Position numbers and translations under genes: made by a program
The notes under the pieces: generated by a model
Told to the model about the DNA's origin: nothing
Databases searched by the model: none
Seen by the model: the letters and a program-made list of their open reading frames with translations, nothing else
Part shown: positions 34,029-42,603 of the stretch, piece after piece
Position numbering within the stretch: the stretch's first letter is position 1
Layout of the letters: every line of letters starts with the position of its first letter
From: Candidatus Binatia bacterium
Lineage (GTDB): Bacteria; Desulfobacterota; Binatia; UBA9968; JAJDTQ01
Direction: 5' to 3'
DNA: 64,000 nucleotides
Assembly (NCBI GenBank): GCA_963666515.2
Contig: OY762897.2
Span: 1,952,001 to 2,016,000, forward strand

Positions 34029-35129
34029 ATGACAACGGACCAACCTGTGCGAATTGGCGTCATCGGCGGCGGTTTCGGCGTCCAGCACCTGCAAGGTTTC
34101 GGCGTCACGGAGAACGCCGAAGTGGTGGCGTTCTGCCAGAGGACCCGGGACAAGGCGGAGGCGCTGGCCGGGAAGTTCGGCGTGCTTCACGTCTACACGG
34201 ACTACCGCGAACTCCTGGCCCACCCCGGCCTCGACGCCGTGAGCATCGTGGCGCCTCCGCACCTCCATGCGGAGATGACCGCCACGGCGCTGGAAAGGGG
34301 TCTCCACGTGCTGTGCGAAAAACCCCTGGCCATGAACGCGGCGGAGGCGGAAGCCATGCTCAAGCAGGCGGAGGCGGCCGGGCGGGTGCACATGACCGCG
34401 TTCAACCATCGTCATATCCCGGCCTTGGCCTACATGAAGGAACTGATGGACGGCGGCTACGTGGGCGGGCGGGTGCTCCACGTGGAGAGCCGCTGGTTCG
34501 GCGAGACCCGTCTCGCCCCGGACCAGACCCATTACTGGCGCCACACGCGGGAGCTTGCCGGCTTCGGTATCCTCGGCGACATCGGCGTCCATGTGGTGGA
34601 CCGCCTCCGCTGGCTGATAGGCGAGTTCGAGAGCGTATGGGGGCACGCGGATACGTTCATTCCGGAGCGAAAGGACGACCAAGGCGTTTCCCGGCCGGTT
34701 ACAGTGGACGACAACTTCACGCTGATGGCGCGTCTTGCCGGCAGCGCCTCGGCCTGCATCCGCCTGAGCGGGGTGGCCAGAAAGAGCAACTACCAGAACC
34801 TCGAGATATACGGCGATGCCGGAATGCTGCGGTTCGCTTTCGACCGCAACGTGGAGGGATGGATCCGCGGCCAGCTATGGGGCGCCCGCAGCGACACCCG
34901 CTCGCCCGAGCCGCTGGAGATTCCGGAGCGCTACACCCGTGGACTCGACGTCTCGGACCCGCAGCGCGCTCAGGGAGAGTTCATCTTCGCCGCCCTCACA
35001 CGCGTCTTCGTCGACGCGATCCGGAACGGCGCAACGACCTCACCGAGCTTCGCCGACGGCTTGGCCGCCCAGCGCGTGCTGGATGCCGCGCTCCTCTCCA
35101 GCGAAGAAGGGCGGTGGGCCACAGTGTAG
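34029..35129 (+). CDS. Gfo/Idh/MocA family oxidoreductase
   Basis: Motifs RIGVIGGGFG, HVLCEKPLA and GILGDIGVH..D. AGGAGG precedes the ATG. Confidence 0.93.
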   Translation: MTTDQPVRIGVIGGGFGVQHLQGFGVTENAEVVAFCQRTRDKAEALAGKFGVLHVYTDYRELLAHPGLDAVSIVAPPHLHAEMTATALERGLHVLCEKPLAMNAAEAEAMLKQAEAAGRVHMTAFNHRHIPALAYMKELMDGGYVGGRVLHVESRWFGETRLAPDQTHYWRHTRELAGFGILGDIGVHVVDRLRWLIGEFESVWGHADTFIPERKDDQGVSRPVTVDDNFTLMARLAGSASACIRLSGVARKSNYQNLEIYGDAGMLRFAFDRNVEGWIRGQLWGARSDTRSPEPLEIPERYTRGLDVSDPQRAQGEFIFAALTRVFVDAIRNGATTSPSFADGLAAQRVLDAALLSSEEGRWATV

Positions 35130-35237
35130 AACCACTCCAGGAACGTCCGGTCAATGGGCCTCGTCATTTGAAGGTGCCATGAATTGAGTTGGTTGGTTAA
35201 GGTCAAGCGGTGAGGTGGGCGGCAAAGGAAAACCCTG

Positions 35238-36698
35238 ATGCGCAAGTTCAAGCCCCTCCGGAAGGCAGGGCAGAAGCATTTCAATCGCTGGCTGTTCGTC
35301 CTCGCTATACTCGCTCTCATCCTTCTGTCGGGTTTGGGGGGTTGCGACCGGCGTGACGACCAGCAGGACGAACCAAAACTCGCCTATCATCAACAACTTG
35401 AAGCTTTCTCCGCTCGATTGGGTGCGTTGGAGGACGCCGTCCAGCGGCAGGAAGGCGCCCTTCAGCGGCAATCGACTGTCCTGCAACAGATACTTGATAA
35501 CGTTTCCCCGGCCAGGATGTCTCCGGAGTGGGAAAGTCGCCTCAGTCAACTCGAAGATCAAGTAAGCCACGACAGCCGGTGGCCAAAGGATACCGGCGAG
35601 GCCGGACGCTTCCTCGAACAGGTATCCGAACTCGTCGCGAGACTACCGGCTCAGGCCGAGCCGCACTACCTCCCACGGCTCTCGCCGGTCCGATGGGCCG
35701 CGATGGCATTCGTCAACCTCAATCACCCAACGGATACCGGCCAGACGTCTGACCGGCTCGATCAACTTGTTGACGAGTTGCGCGACCTGACTGACGCCAA
35801 GCCTGCGGGAGGCGCTGACGCACTGGCTCATGCATTGGGGGAGCGCGCCACCGAACTGGCTGGCGAGGCTGCCAAGCGACGAGTCACAGCGGCTGTTGCA
35901 CAGGCGGATCGATACGTGGAAGGCAGCCCAGGAACTGCGGCAGATGTTGCCAGGCTGTACGAGCTTTTGGAATTGTACGTGGCAGGCCATGAGACGGGCA
36001 GCATCGATGTCGATGTCCCGGCCCTGCGGACGAAGCTGAAGAAGCTGTACAAGGAGATGCTGCGACGCCAAGCCGTTAAGCAGGCGGCCACCCTGCACGA
36101 CCGATGGAAGACCGCACAGAAACTGGAGCGCCATCAACCCGCAGTCTACGAAGCCTCCACCAGGATGCTGCTTCAACAGGTGGTGTCGGCCCGGACTGCG
36201 CTCATCCTGGAGGGTGTCACGGCTTCGGTCCATGAGGAATTGGAGAGGGAACTGCGTCGTGCCGCAAGGACGCTTGAAATCAAAGCGGCTGAACGGGCCG
36301 AAATACGCCAAGCCAAGGCCTTGCGGTCGTATCAGCGCTGGGCGCTTTCCGAGATAAAGAACTTTGAGTATGCGCTTCAGAGGATTTCCAACAAGGTCAC
36401 CGAAGCCAAATCATGGCTGGATTCTGTCAACCCCTTGCGGTGGGACGACCCCGACTACCGGGAACACCGGGACTACACGGAAACCGGACAGTATGAAGAA
36501 GTTCAACAAGCCATCATCCATCATCTCCTGCCCATCAAACTCGCATTGCTGGATCTGCCCGTTCACGAACACTACCAGCAGGCATTTCAAACAGGCTGGC
36601 GGAAGTTGGACGGACGCGACGATCAGACAGAGGTGGCGAAAGCCTCGGCGTTAGCCGAAAAGAAATCGTTGCGTGCATTTCTGGAGGATGGATCGTGA
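35238..36698 (+). CDS. Hypothetical helical protein A with a predicted lipoprotein signal (paralog of 38002-39330)
   Basis: Basic N-region, hydrophobic stretch WLFVLAILALILLS and lipobox-like LGGC, then a coiled-coil-like region. Colinear similarity to 38002-39330. Confidence 0.8.
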   Translation: MRKFKPLRKAGQKHFNRWLFVLAILALILLSGLGGCDRRDDQQDEPKLAYHQQLEAFSARLGALEDAVQRQEGALQRQSTVLQQILDNVSPARMSPEWESRLSQLEDQVSHDSRWPKDTGEAGRFLEQVSELVARLPAQAEPHYLPRLSPVRWAAMAFVNLNHPTDTGQTSDRLDQLVDELRDLTDAKPAGGADALAHALGERATELAGEAAKRRVTAAVAQADRYVEGSPGTAADVARLYELLELYVAGHETGSIDVDVPALRTKLKKLYKEMLRRQAVKQAATLHDRWKTAQKLERHQPAVYEASTRMLLQQVVSARTALILEGVTASVHEELERELRRAARTLEIKAAERAEIRQAKALRSYQRWALSEIKNFEYALQRISNKVTEAKSWLDSVNPLRWDDPDYREHRDYTETGQYEEVQQAIIHHLLPIKLALLDLPVHEHYQQAFQTGWRKLDGRDDQTEVAKASALAEKKSLRAFLEDGS

Positions 36699-37918
36699 GC
36701 GACCGTCAATCTGCGGAGACTACGAGCGGGACGGTGGCTTCCAACGTCGTGCCGGCTCGTGCCGTTGCCCGGTATCCCGACATGCTTCTGACGCCGCAGG
36801 AGCAGGCTGCACGGCTTCAAGGGTTGGCTGGTCCGGAAATGGCGCAAAAGCTCTTTCCGCCTACTGCAGATTCGATCACGACAAAGCTCCTTCATGGACT
36901 CAGCCACCAGCGCGAACATAGCGGCACACTAACGTATGGCCTGAATGGTCCAACAGGGCTGCCGAGCACAGCGCAAAAATTGGCCGTTCAGCGGCGTCGA
37001 TCTGGCGCGGCTGCAGCAGGAACTCTTCGACTCGATGATAAGCTATGTGATCTGACACCGGACGATGAACGAAAACACCCAACGTCGCAAGGCTGGACGG
37101 TTCTCGACCTTGCAGCAAGACTTCAATCGGGTTGGGATACGTACCAACGGGCCACGGCTGCCTGGTCAATGTTCCGTGATCCTACCTGGACGGAAATCTT
37201 AGTATCCCATGTGCAGCAGCCAACCATTACGTTTGTCCAGCAATTCTTGCCGGGAGCCCGCAACGAACCGTTCAGCGATACACTTTCACAGGCCCTGCCG
37301 GTTGCTGGCCTTGGGGGAGTGTTGCTCTTGGGTTTGGAAACGTACCAAGAGGCTCGCAGAGCCAAGTCAATGTTCCGTGACCCTACCCTGGCAGGAAGTG
37401 CTCTGCACTATATGCAGGCGGGTATGGCGCTCAGCAGGGCAGCACAGACAGGAACTGTCGGCATAAATTCACTTGCTCAATTGAATATTATGACCTTCTC
37501 CACCTGGGAAGGGCTTGCCCGGGTTGCCGAGCAAGCATTTATACCTGTCGTAGCCGTTGGGGAGCTATTGCGCGTGGGTATCGCATACGACCAACATCGT
37601 TTGGGCCGCATCAGTCTGCGTGATTTCCGCCGTAGCAGCGCCGGACTGGGAATTTTGGTCGTGTTCGTGACCAGCGGCGCCGCGGCTGGCGCATTGGCTG
37701 GTTTCTTGCCTGGCGGGATCACTGCAGCCCCCGGCGCCATGGTTGGCGCCAAAATCGGCGGCCTTGCAGCCATACCCTTTCAATTTTTCGGGGACCGGGT
37801 AGCCGATTACTGGCACGGGTGGCGCGAGCGGAAGTTTAATGAAAAACAGCGGCGCCTCATCAACGCGGCAGTTGAAACATTCTACGGTTTTGAAGGCCGT
37901 CACGGCGTTGAACACTGA
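36695..37918 (+). CDS. Hypothetical membrane-helix protein B (paralog of 39327-40712, lacks the nuclease motif)
   Basis: GTGA overlap with gene A after GGAGG. Shares LTP.EQAARL.GLA.P..AQKLFP.T and the Gly-rich hydrophobic C-terminus with B'. Confidence 0.75.
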   Translation: MSDRQSAETTSGTVASNVVPARAVARYPDMLLTPQEQAARLQGLAGPEMAQKLFPPTADSITTKLLHGLSHQREHSGTLTYGLNGPTGLPSTAQKLAVQRRRSGAAAAGTLRLDDKLCDLTPDDERKHPTSQGWTVLDLAARLQSGWDTYQRATAAWSMFRDPTWTEILVSHVQQPTITFVQQFLPGARNEPFSDTLSQALPVAGLGGVLLLGLETYQEARRAKSMFRDPTLAGSALHYMQAGMALSRAAQTGTVGINSLAQLNIMTFSTWEGLARVAEQAFIPVVAVGELLRVGIAYDQHRLGRISLRDFRRSSAGLGILVVFVTSGAAAGALAGFLPGGITAAPGAMVGAKIGGLAAIPFQFFGDRVADYWHGWRERKFNEKQRRLINAAVETFYGFEGRHGVEH

Positions 37919-38001
37919 CGGCCGGTGGCGTTCCACGAGAGGCCCGAGCGGGCTGATGCCGTATCCGTATCAAAGGCCTTCTACAGCCGGGAGATTCTTC
38001 C

Positions 38002-39330
38002 ATGTTCAAGATTTTTTGTATCGGGCACAATCAGCAACTGGAAGCCCTCACCACCCGATTAGGTGCACTTGAGAACGCCGTTCAGCAGCAGGAAAGCGTT
38101 CTTCAGGAGCAGTCGACCGTTCTACGACAGATACTTGACAACGTTTCCCCAGCCAGGATTCCTCCAGAGTGGGAGGGCCGCCTCAAGAAACTCCAGGATC
38201 AGATGCGCAACGTCAGCCTGTGGCCAAAGGACGCTGACGAAGCCGGGCGCTTCCTCGCACAGGCATCCGAACTCGTCGCCGATCTACCGGCTCGGGCCGA
38301 GCCGCAGTACCTGCCGCAGCTCTCGCCGGTCCGATGGGCCGCGATGGCATTCGACCGTCTCAACTACCCGGTGGATACCGTCCGGACACCTGACCAACTC
38401 GATCAACTTGTTGGCGAACTGCGCGCCTTGGCTGACGCCAAGCCGGACGGCAGCGCTGAGGCATTGGTTCAGGCGTTAGGTGAGCGCGCTGCCGAACTGG
38501 CCGGCGAGGCTACCGAGCGGCGAATCACAGAAGCTGTTGGACAGGCGGAGCGATACGTGGAAGGCAACCCAGGCGTCGCGGCAGAAATTGCCAAGCTCTA
38601 CGAGTTTCTGACGCTTTACGAGGCCGGCCATAAACGGGACGGGGCCGATGTCGATATCCCGGCGCTACGACAGAGGCTATATAAGGAAATGCTGCGACGC
38701 CAAGCCGTTGAGCAGGCAGTCATCCTGCACGACCGATGGAAGATTGCACGGAAATTGGAACACCATCAACCCGCAGTTTACGAAGCATCCACCAGGATGC
38801 TGCTGCAACAGGTGGTGTCGGCACGAGTCGCGCTCATTCTGGAAGGCGTTACCAGTCCGGTCCATGACGGGTTGGAGAGGGAACTGCGTAGCGCTGTGGC
38901 CACGATCGAAATCTACGAAACCCAACGGGCCAAAAAGCGCCAAGGCCGCGCGGTGCGCGCATATCAGCTTTGGGCGCTTTCAGCGATCAAGAAGTTCGAG
39001 GATACGGTTCAGGGGATATCCGACAAGGCCGCTGAGGCCAACTCGTGGCTGGACTCCGCCAAGCCTTGGCGGTGGGATGACCCCGACTACCGGCAAAACC
39101 GGAAGTACATCGAAGACGAGCAGTATCGAGAAGTCCGGCAAGCGATGATCAACCATCTCTTGCCCGTCAACCTCGCGTTGCTGGACCTGCCCGTTCACGA
39201 ACGCTACCAGCAAGCCTTTCAAGCGGGCTGGCAGAAGTTGGACGGGCGCGGCGATCAGACAGAAGTGGCGAAAGCCGCAGCGGTGGCGGAGAAGATATCG
39301 TTACAGGAGTATCTGGAGGATGGATCGTGA
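38002..39330 (+). CDS. Hypothetical helical protein A' (paralog of A, signal/lipobox absent)
   Basis: Shared blocks with A: QSTVL.QILDNVSPAR, LSPVRWAAMAF, HQPAVYEASTRMLLQQVVSAR, WDDPDYR, LALLDLPVHE.YQQAFQ.GW.KLDGR.DQTEVAKA and C-terminal LEDGS. Confidence 0.8.
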   Translation: MFKIFCIGHNQQLEALTTRLGALENAVQQQESVLQEQSTVLRQILDNVSPARIPPEWEGRLKKLQDQMRNVSLWPKDADEAGRFLAQASELVADLPARAEPQYLPQLSPVRWAAMAFDRLNYPVDTVRTPDQLDQLVGELRALADAKPDGSAEALVQALGERAAELAGEATERRITEAVGQAERYVEGNPGVAAEIAKLYEFLTLYEAGHKRDGADVDIPALRQRLYKEMLRRQAVEQAVILHDRWKIARKLEHHQPAVYEASTRMLLQQVVSARVALILEGVTSPVHDGLERELRSAVATIEIYETQRAKKRQGRAVRAYQLWALSAIKKFEDTVQGISDKAAEANSWLDSAKPWRWDDPDYRQNRKYIEDEQYREVRQAMINHLLPVNLALLDLPVHERYQQAFQAGWQKLDGRGDQTEVAKAAAVAEKISLQEYLEDGS

Positions 39331-40712
39331 GAATCCGTCGGATGATCGGTGTGGCTGTGTTCGCAGTGGCGGCGACGGCTCTCCATGCCGTGCCGACCCG
39401 TTCTGCCGTCTCGTCTCTGGACCTTCCCCTGACGCCGCGGGAACAGGCTGCGAGGCTTTGGGGGTTGGCCACGCCGGACACGGCGCAAAAGCTCTTTCCA
39501 TCTACGACAGGCGAGCGCTACTTCTATTTTCAACGCGACTATCGACGCGAATATGGCGACGCACGACCGTATGATCGAGCACGTCTGGCTGAGAGACTGG
39601 GGGAACAGGGTCGCGCCAGATTTGCCGCGGAGCGCGGTTGGACAAAGCTGCTCGGCTCACGGAGCCGCGGCATCCGCCAGGGACCGGACTCCGTGTATTG
39701 GGACCCCCGGTCGGGTCTCGTCCGTGTGCTTGAAGCAAAGGGAGGCAATTCCCCGCTCGGGCTCTATTACGGTTCTCCGCAGAATACGAACCACTATACA
39801 ATCCGGTCGGCCCAACGCGTCCTCGGATCGCCAATCGCCACCGAACAAGCCAAGGTGGCGTCAGCCCGCGTCGTCGTAGCCGCGCAAGAGCGTCGCCTCG
39901 CCACCGGAGTCGTAAGGACTCCTCACCTGAGGGGCAAGCCAAACGATCCCAGGATAGAGGGCCGGTGGGACCGCGTCGACGTCAGGAAGGAAGCACTCGA
40001 CGTCGAACGAGAGTTGGCCCGGGAGAATCCCCGCACTCGACAAATCTTCCGCAAAGCGCGGGCGGAGCAGTCCGCCGCGATGCTGAAATACCGAGCCGCA
40101 CAGGGCTTGGCGGTCCTCGGCTTGGCAGGCGCGGCAACATTGGGTTGGGATGCACACCGGCAGTCCGAGGTAGGCTGGCAGATGTTGAACGACCCCACCC
40201 TGGACGGGAATCTTCTGCCCTATATGCAGACAGGCGTCGCAATGGTTAGGGTCGGACAGTTAACGACCTTGGGCGTGAGTTCCTCTGCGACGTTCACACG
40301 GCTCCCAACGACGGGATGGGTCCGGGCCGCCAGCGCCGCGTTTCTGCCCGTTACGTTCGTAGTAGAGGGAATGCTGCTGACTACAGCGTATCACGAGTAC
40401 CAGTTGGGCCGCATGAGTCAACGTGGTTTCTACCATCGCGCCACGGTTGGCGCCATCGTCCCGGTGTTCAGCGCCGGCGGCGCCGTCGTCGGTGGAATAG
40501 TCGGTCTTCACGCCGGCGGAGCGGGCGCGCTACCGGGCGCCGTAGCCGGCGCGAAAATCGCCGTCATCGTAGCGATACCGTTTCAATCTGCCGCCGGCTA
40601 CTTGTCGGCGTGGTACTACCAAGACTTCGAGGCCCGTCAGCGTCGGGTCGTGAACGATGCCGTTGAAAGACACTATGGTCTTGGGGTCGGCCACCAAGCG
40701 GAGCCGCACTGA
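39327..40712 (+). CDS. Hypothetical protein B': N-terminal signal-like segment, PD-(D/E)xK nuclease-like domain, C-terminal Gly-rich membrane helices
   Basis: N-terminus MRIRRMIGVAVFAVAATALHA; motif LGEQG...QGPDSVYW...VRVLEAKGG..PLG; tail GGAVVGGIVG..AGGAGALPGAVAGAKIA. Confidence 0.75.
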   Translation: MRIRRMIGVAVFAVAATALHAVPTRSAVSSLDLPLTPREQAARLWGLATPDTAQKLFPSTTGERYFYFQRDYRREYGDARPYDRARLAERLGEQGRARFAAERGWTKLLGSRSRGIRQGPDSVYWDPRSGLVRVLEAKGGNSPLGLYYGSPQNTNHYTIRSAQRVLGSPIATEQAKVASARVVVAAQERRLATGVVRTPHLRGKPNDPRIEGRWDRVDVRKEALDVERELARENPRTRQIFRKARAEQSAAMLKYRAAQGLAVLGLAGAATLGWDAHRQSEVGWQMLNDPTLDGNLLPYMQTGVAMVRVGQLTTLGVSSSATFTRLPTTGWVRAASAAFLPVTFVVEGMLLTTAYHEYQLGRMSQRGFYHRATVGAIVPVFSAGGAVVGGIVGLHAGGAGALPGAVAGAKIAVIVAIPFQSAAGYLSAWYYQDFEARQRRVVNDAVERHYGLGVGHQAEPH

Positions 40713-40869
40713 TGCCCGAAGCGGGGTACGTCGCAACAGATTCCGGCCGCAACCGTGCGCCTGACCGGCGCAAGCGCCGATCAGGGAATGGGAGCAAACA
40801 AAGATGCACCCGGAACCTTTGGAGGGAGAACTATTGTGGATGTGCGTCAGGTTGGTGTCCAGGACTGGA

Positions 40870-41106
40870 TCATGCCGACTCGTCGGGTTGGTTCGGTGCT
40901 GCGGCCAAGCGCTCCTTGAGAGCGCGGAACCGCGGTTCGTCAATCCCCGTTGCCGACGTGATCACATCCCAGCTCACGCCGATTCTCAGAAAGCCTTCCA
41001 CCGCCTCTACCTTGCCGCGCTGCAAGCCTTCTTCCTTGCCCTCGGCTTTGCCTTCTGCCCGGCCTTTGGCCCAGCCTTCCTCCAGAAGTTCCTGAGCGTA
41101 TGACAT
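40870..41106 (-). CDS. Putative intragenic small protein RpnS (78 aa, in-frame C-terminal domain of Rpn)
   Basis: Minus strand reads CAAGGAGGAGGAATC-ATG TCA TAC GCT: a strong Shine-Dalgarno directly before the in-frame MSYAQELLEEG. Confidence 0.72.
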   Translation of the reverse strand: MSYAQELLEEGWAKGRAEGKAEGKEEGLQRGKVEAVEGFLRIGVSWDVITSATGIDEPRFRALKERLAAAPNQPDESA

Positions 41107-41871
41107 GATTCCTCCTCCTTGGCCGCCTTGATGGCGCCGTAGCGCTTCATCGAAGGCATCCGCTGCCGCTTTGTCCGGCATCGAGAACAGATAGACAGCG
41201 ATCATCCGAATATAGTCCACCGTGCCAACGGAAACCAGCGACGCCGCCAGTTTGGCAGCGATCTCCAGCGCCGCGCCTGCGTGCCGGCCAAAGGCCGCCA
41301 TCATCAGCAACTGCACAATGCGGCCCATGGGCGCACCTTCGACATCGCCGGGGTCCAGTCCCGTCTGGTCCAGCAGCAAGTGCTCGAACCGGGGCACCCA
41401 GGGCCAATCCCGAACCGCCGCGGGGAACAGATTCGCAAACTCCGTCGAGTGCTGCCAGCCGCGGGCTCCCTGGTAGAACACCAGCGGGACGACCGGTCGC
41501 AACTCCGTACGCCGGGGATCATCGCGCAGGTCTGCATCCCAGATGCGGCAGCAGTACTTCAACAGCCGGAACCGCATCCACGCATCCGGTGTCGATTGAT
41601 GCTCGAACAGCAGGTAAAGCCACAACCGGTCCTTCCCCTTCCCGTGGCCCTCCGTCTCCTTCCCGTAGCCGGCCTCGAAAAGCAGGTCGGACTCGCTCTG
41701 GCGCAGGTCATCGTCCACGAAGGTTCCCTCCACCAGCCTCAGACTGTTCCAATCGACGTTCTCGCGCAACTCCTGCGGCACCGCCGTCTGGAGCAGGCTG
41801 GCGGCTTCTGCGGCGTCGGAGAAGACCGCGCGAAACAGCCGGTCATGGGGGTGTTCGATTTCATCTGCCAT
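40870..41871 (-). CDS. rpn: Rpn family recombination-promoting nuclease / YhgA-like putative transposase
   Basis: Motifs HPHD.LFR.VFS, GTFVDDDLR..ESDLLF, LYLLFEHQSTPD.WM.FRLLKY and VVPLVFYQG; EG(K/R) repeats near the C-terminus. Confidence 0.93.
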   Translation of the reverse strand: MADEIEHPHDRLFRAVFSDAAEAASLLQTAVPQELRENVDWNSLRLVEGTFVDDDLRQSESDLLFEAGYGKETEGHGKGKDRLWLYLLFEHQSTPDAWMRFRLLKYCCRIWDADLRDDPRRTELRPVVPLVFYQGARGWQHSTEFANLFPAAVRDWPWVPRFEHLLLDQTGLDPGDVEGAPMGRIVQLLMMAAFGRHAGAALEIAAKLAASLVSVGTVDYIRMIAVYLFSMPDKAAADAFDEALRRHQGGQGGGIMSYAQELLEEGWAKGRAEGKAEGKEEGLQRGKVEAVEGFLRIGVSWDVITSATGIDEPRFRALKERLAAAPNQPDESA

Positions 41872-42090
41872 GAATGACCCTCCCGGACATGGACTCCATG
41901 CTTGCCAGTCCTGTCTGTCCTATAGAGAGTCATCGGCACTTCGCGCCGGAACTTGAACCCCGTTCCTGGAAATTTGTCGGATTTGGGCATTCGCCCTTCG
42001 AGTTCGTTCCGCTTCGCGAAACCGAAGGGGCGTAGATAGAGAAACTTGCGAGATGCGGGTCAAAAGCAGCCGCGCAGGGCACTCAGGCTG

Positions 42091-42603
42091 CTACAGCGGC
42101 GGAATGAAGGCGCCGAAGATGACGCCGGCGAAGAGGTCCACGGCCAGGGTTTCCTCGAAGATGAAGTAGAAGAAGCCCAACGCCAGGGCGGTGATGAAGA
42201 CCGTTCCGGGCCAGCCGATGCGGCCCTGGTAGCGCGTGAAGAGGACCGCGAACAGCAGGGTCGATATGTAGAAGCCGGAGATGAAGACCAGCACTCCGAA
42301 CACGCTGAACCAGACGAACATCCGGACGATGAGCCCCAACTCCCCGGGCTTGGGCCCTTCCTCGACGGGGGCCTCGTCCTCGGTACCCGCGGCCGAGCTC
42401 AGGACGTCTTCCAAGCTTACCTCGAAGGCGCTCATGATGGCGGGGTAGCGCTCGCCGGCCAGGCACAGCGCCGCCAGCACCACCGTCGGGAACGCCAGCA
42501 CCAGCGGGACGAAGCCCGCCATGCCGCCGTACGAGAACGACCACCCGAAGAACAGCAGCGAGGCGGCCACCAGGATGATGCCGAGAAGCACGGACCCCTT
42601 CAT
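42091..42603 (-). CDS. tctB: Tripartite tricarboxylate transporter small permease (TctB-like)
   Basis: Small multi-pass membrane protein directly after tctA with an ATGA overlap. Confidence 0.75.
   Translation of the reverse strand: MKGSVLLGIILVAASLLFFGWSFSYGGMAGFVPLVLAFPTVVLAALCLAGERYPAIMSAFEVSLEDVLSSAAGTEDEAPVEEGPKPGELGLIVRMFVWFSVFGVLVFISGFYISTLLFAVLFTRYQGRIGWPGTVFITALALGFFYFIFEETLAVDLFAGVIFGAFIPPL

Noticed and set aside
35136-41970. 10-bp inverted repeat TCCAGGAACG (35136-35145) / CGTTCCTGGA (41961-41970) bracketing the A-B-A'-B'-rpn island
   Set aside because: Too short, does not extend cleanly and has no target duplication, so it cannot be distinguished from chance by eye.
41992-42032. 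Hairpin CCCTTCG...CGAAGGG between tctB and rpn as a terminator
   Set aside because: No U-tract on the relevant strand; function unsupported.
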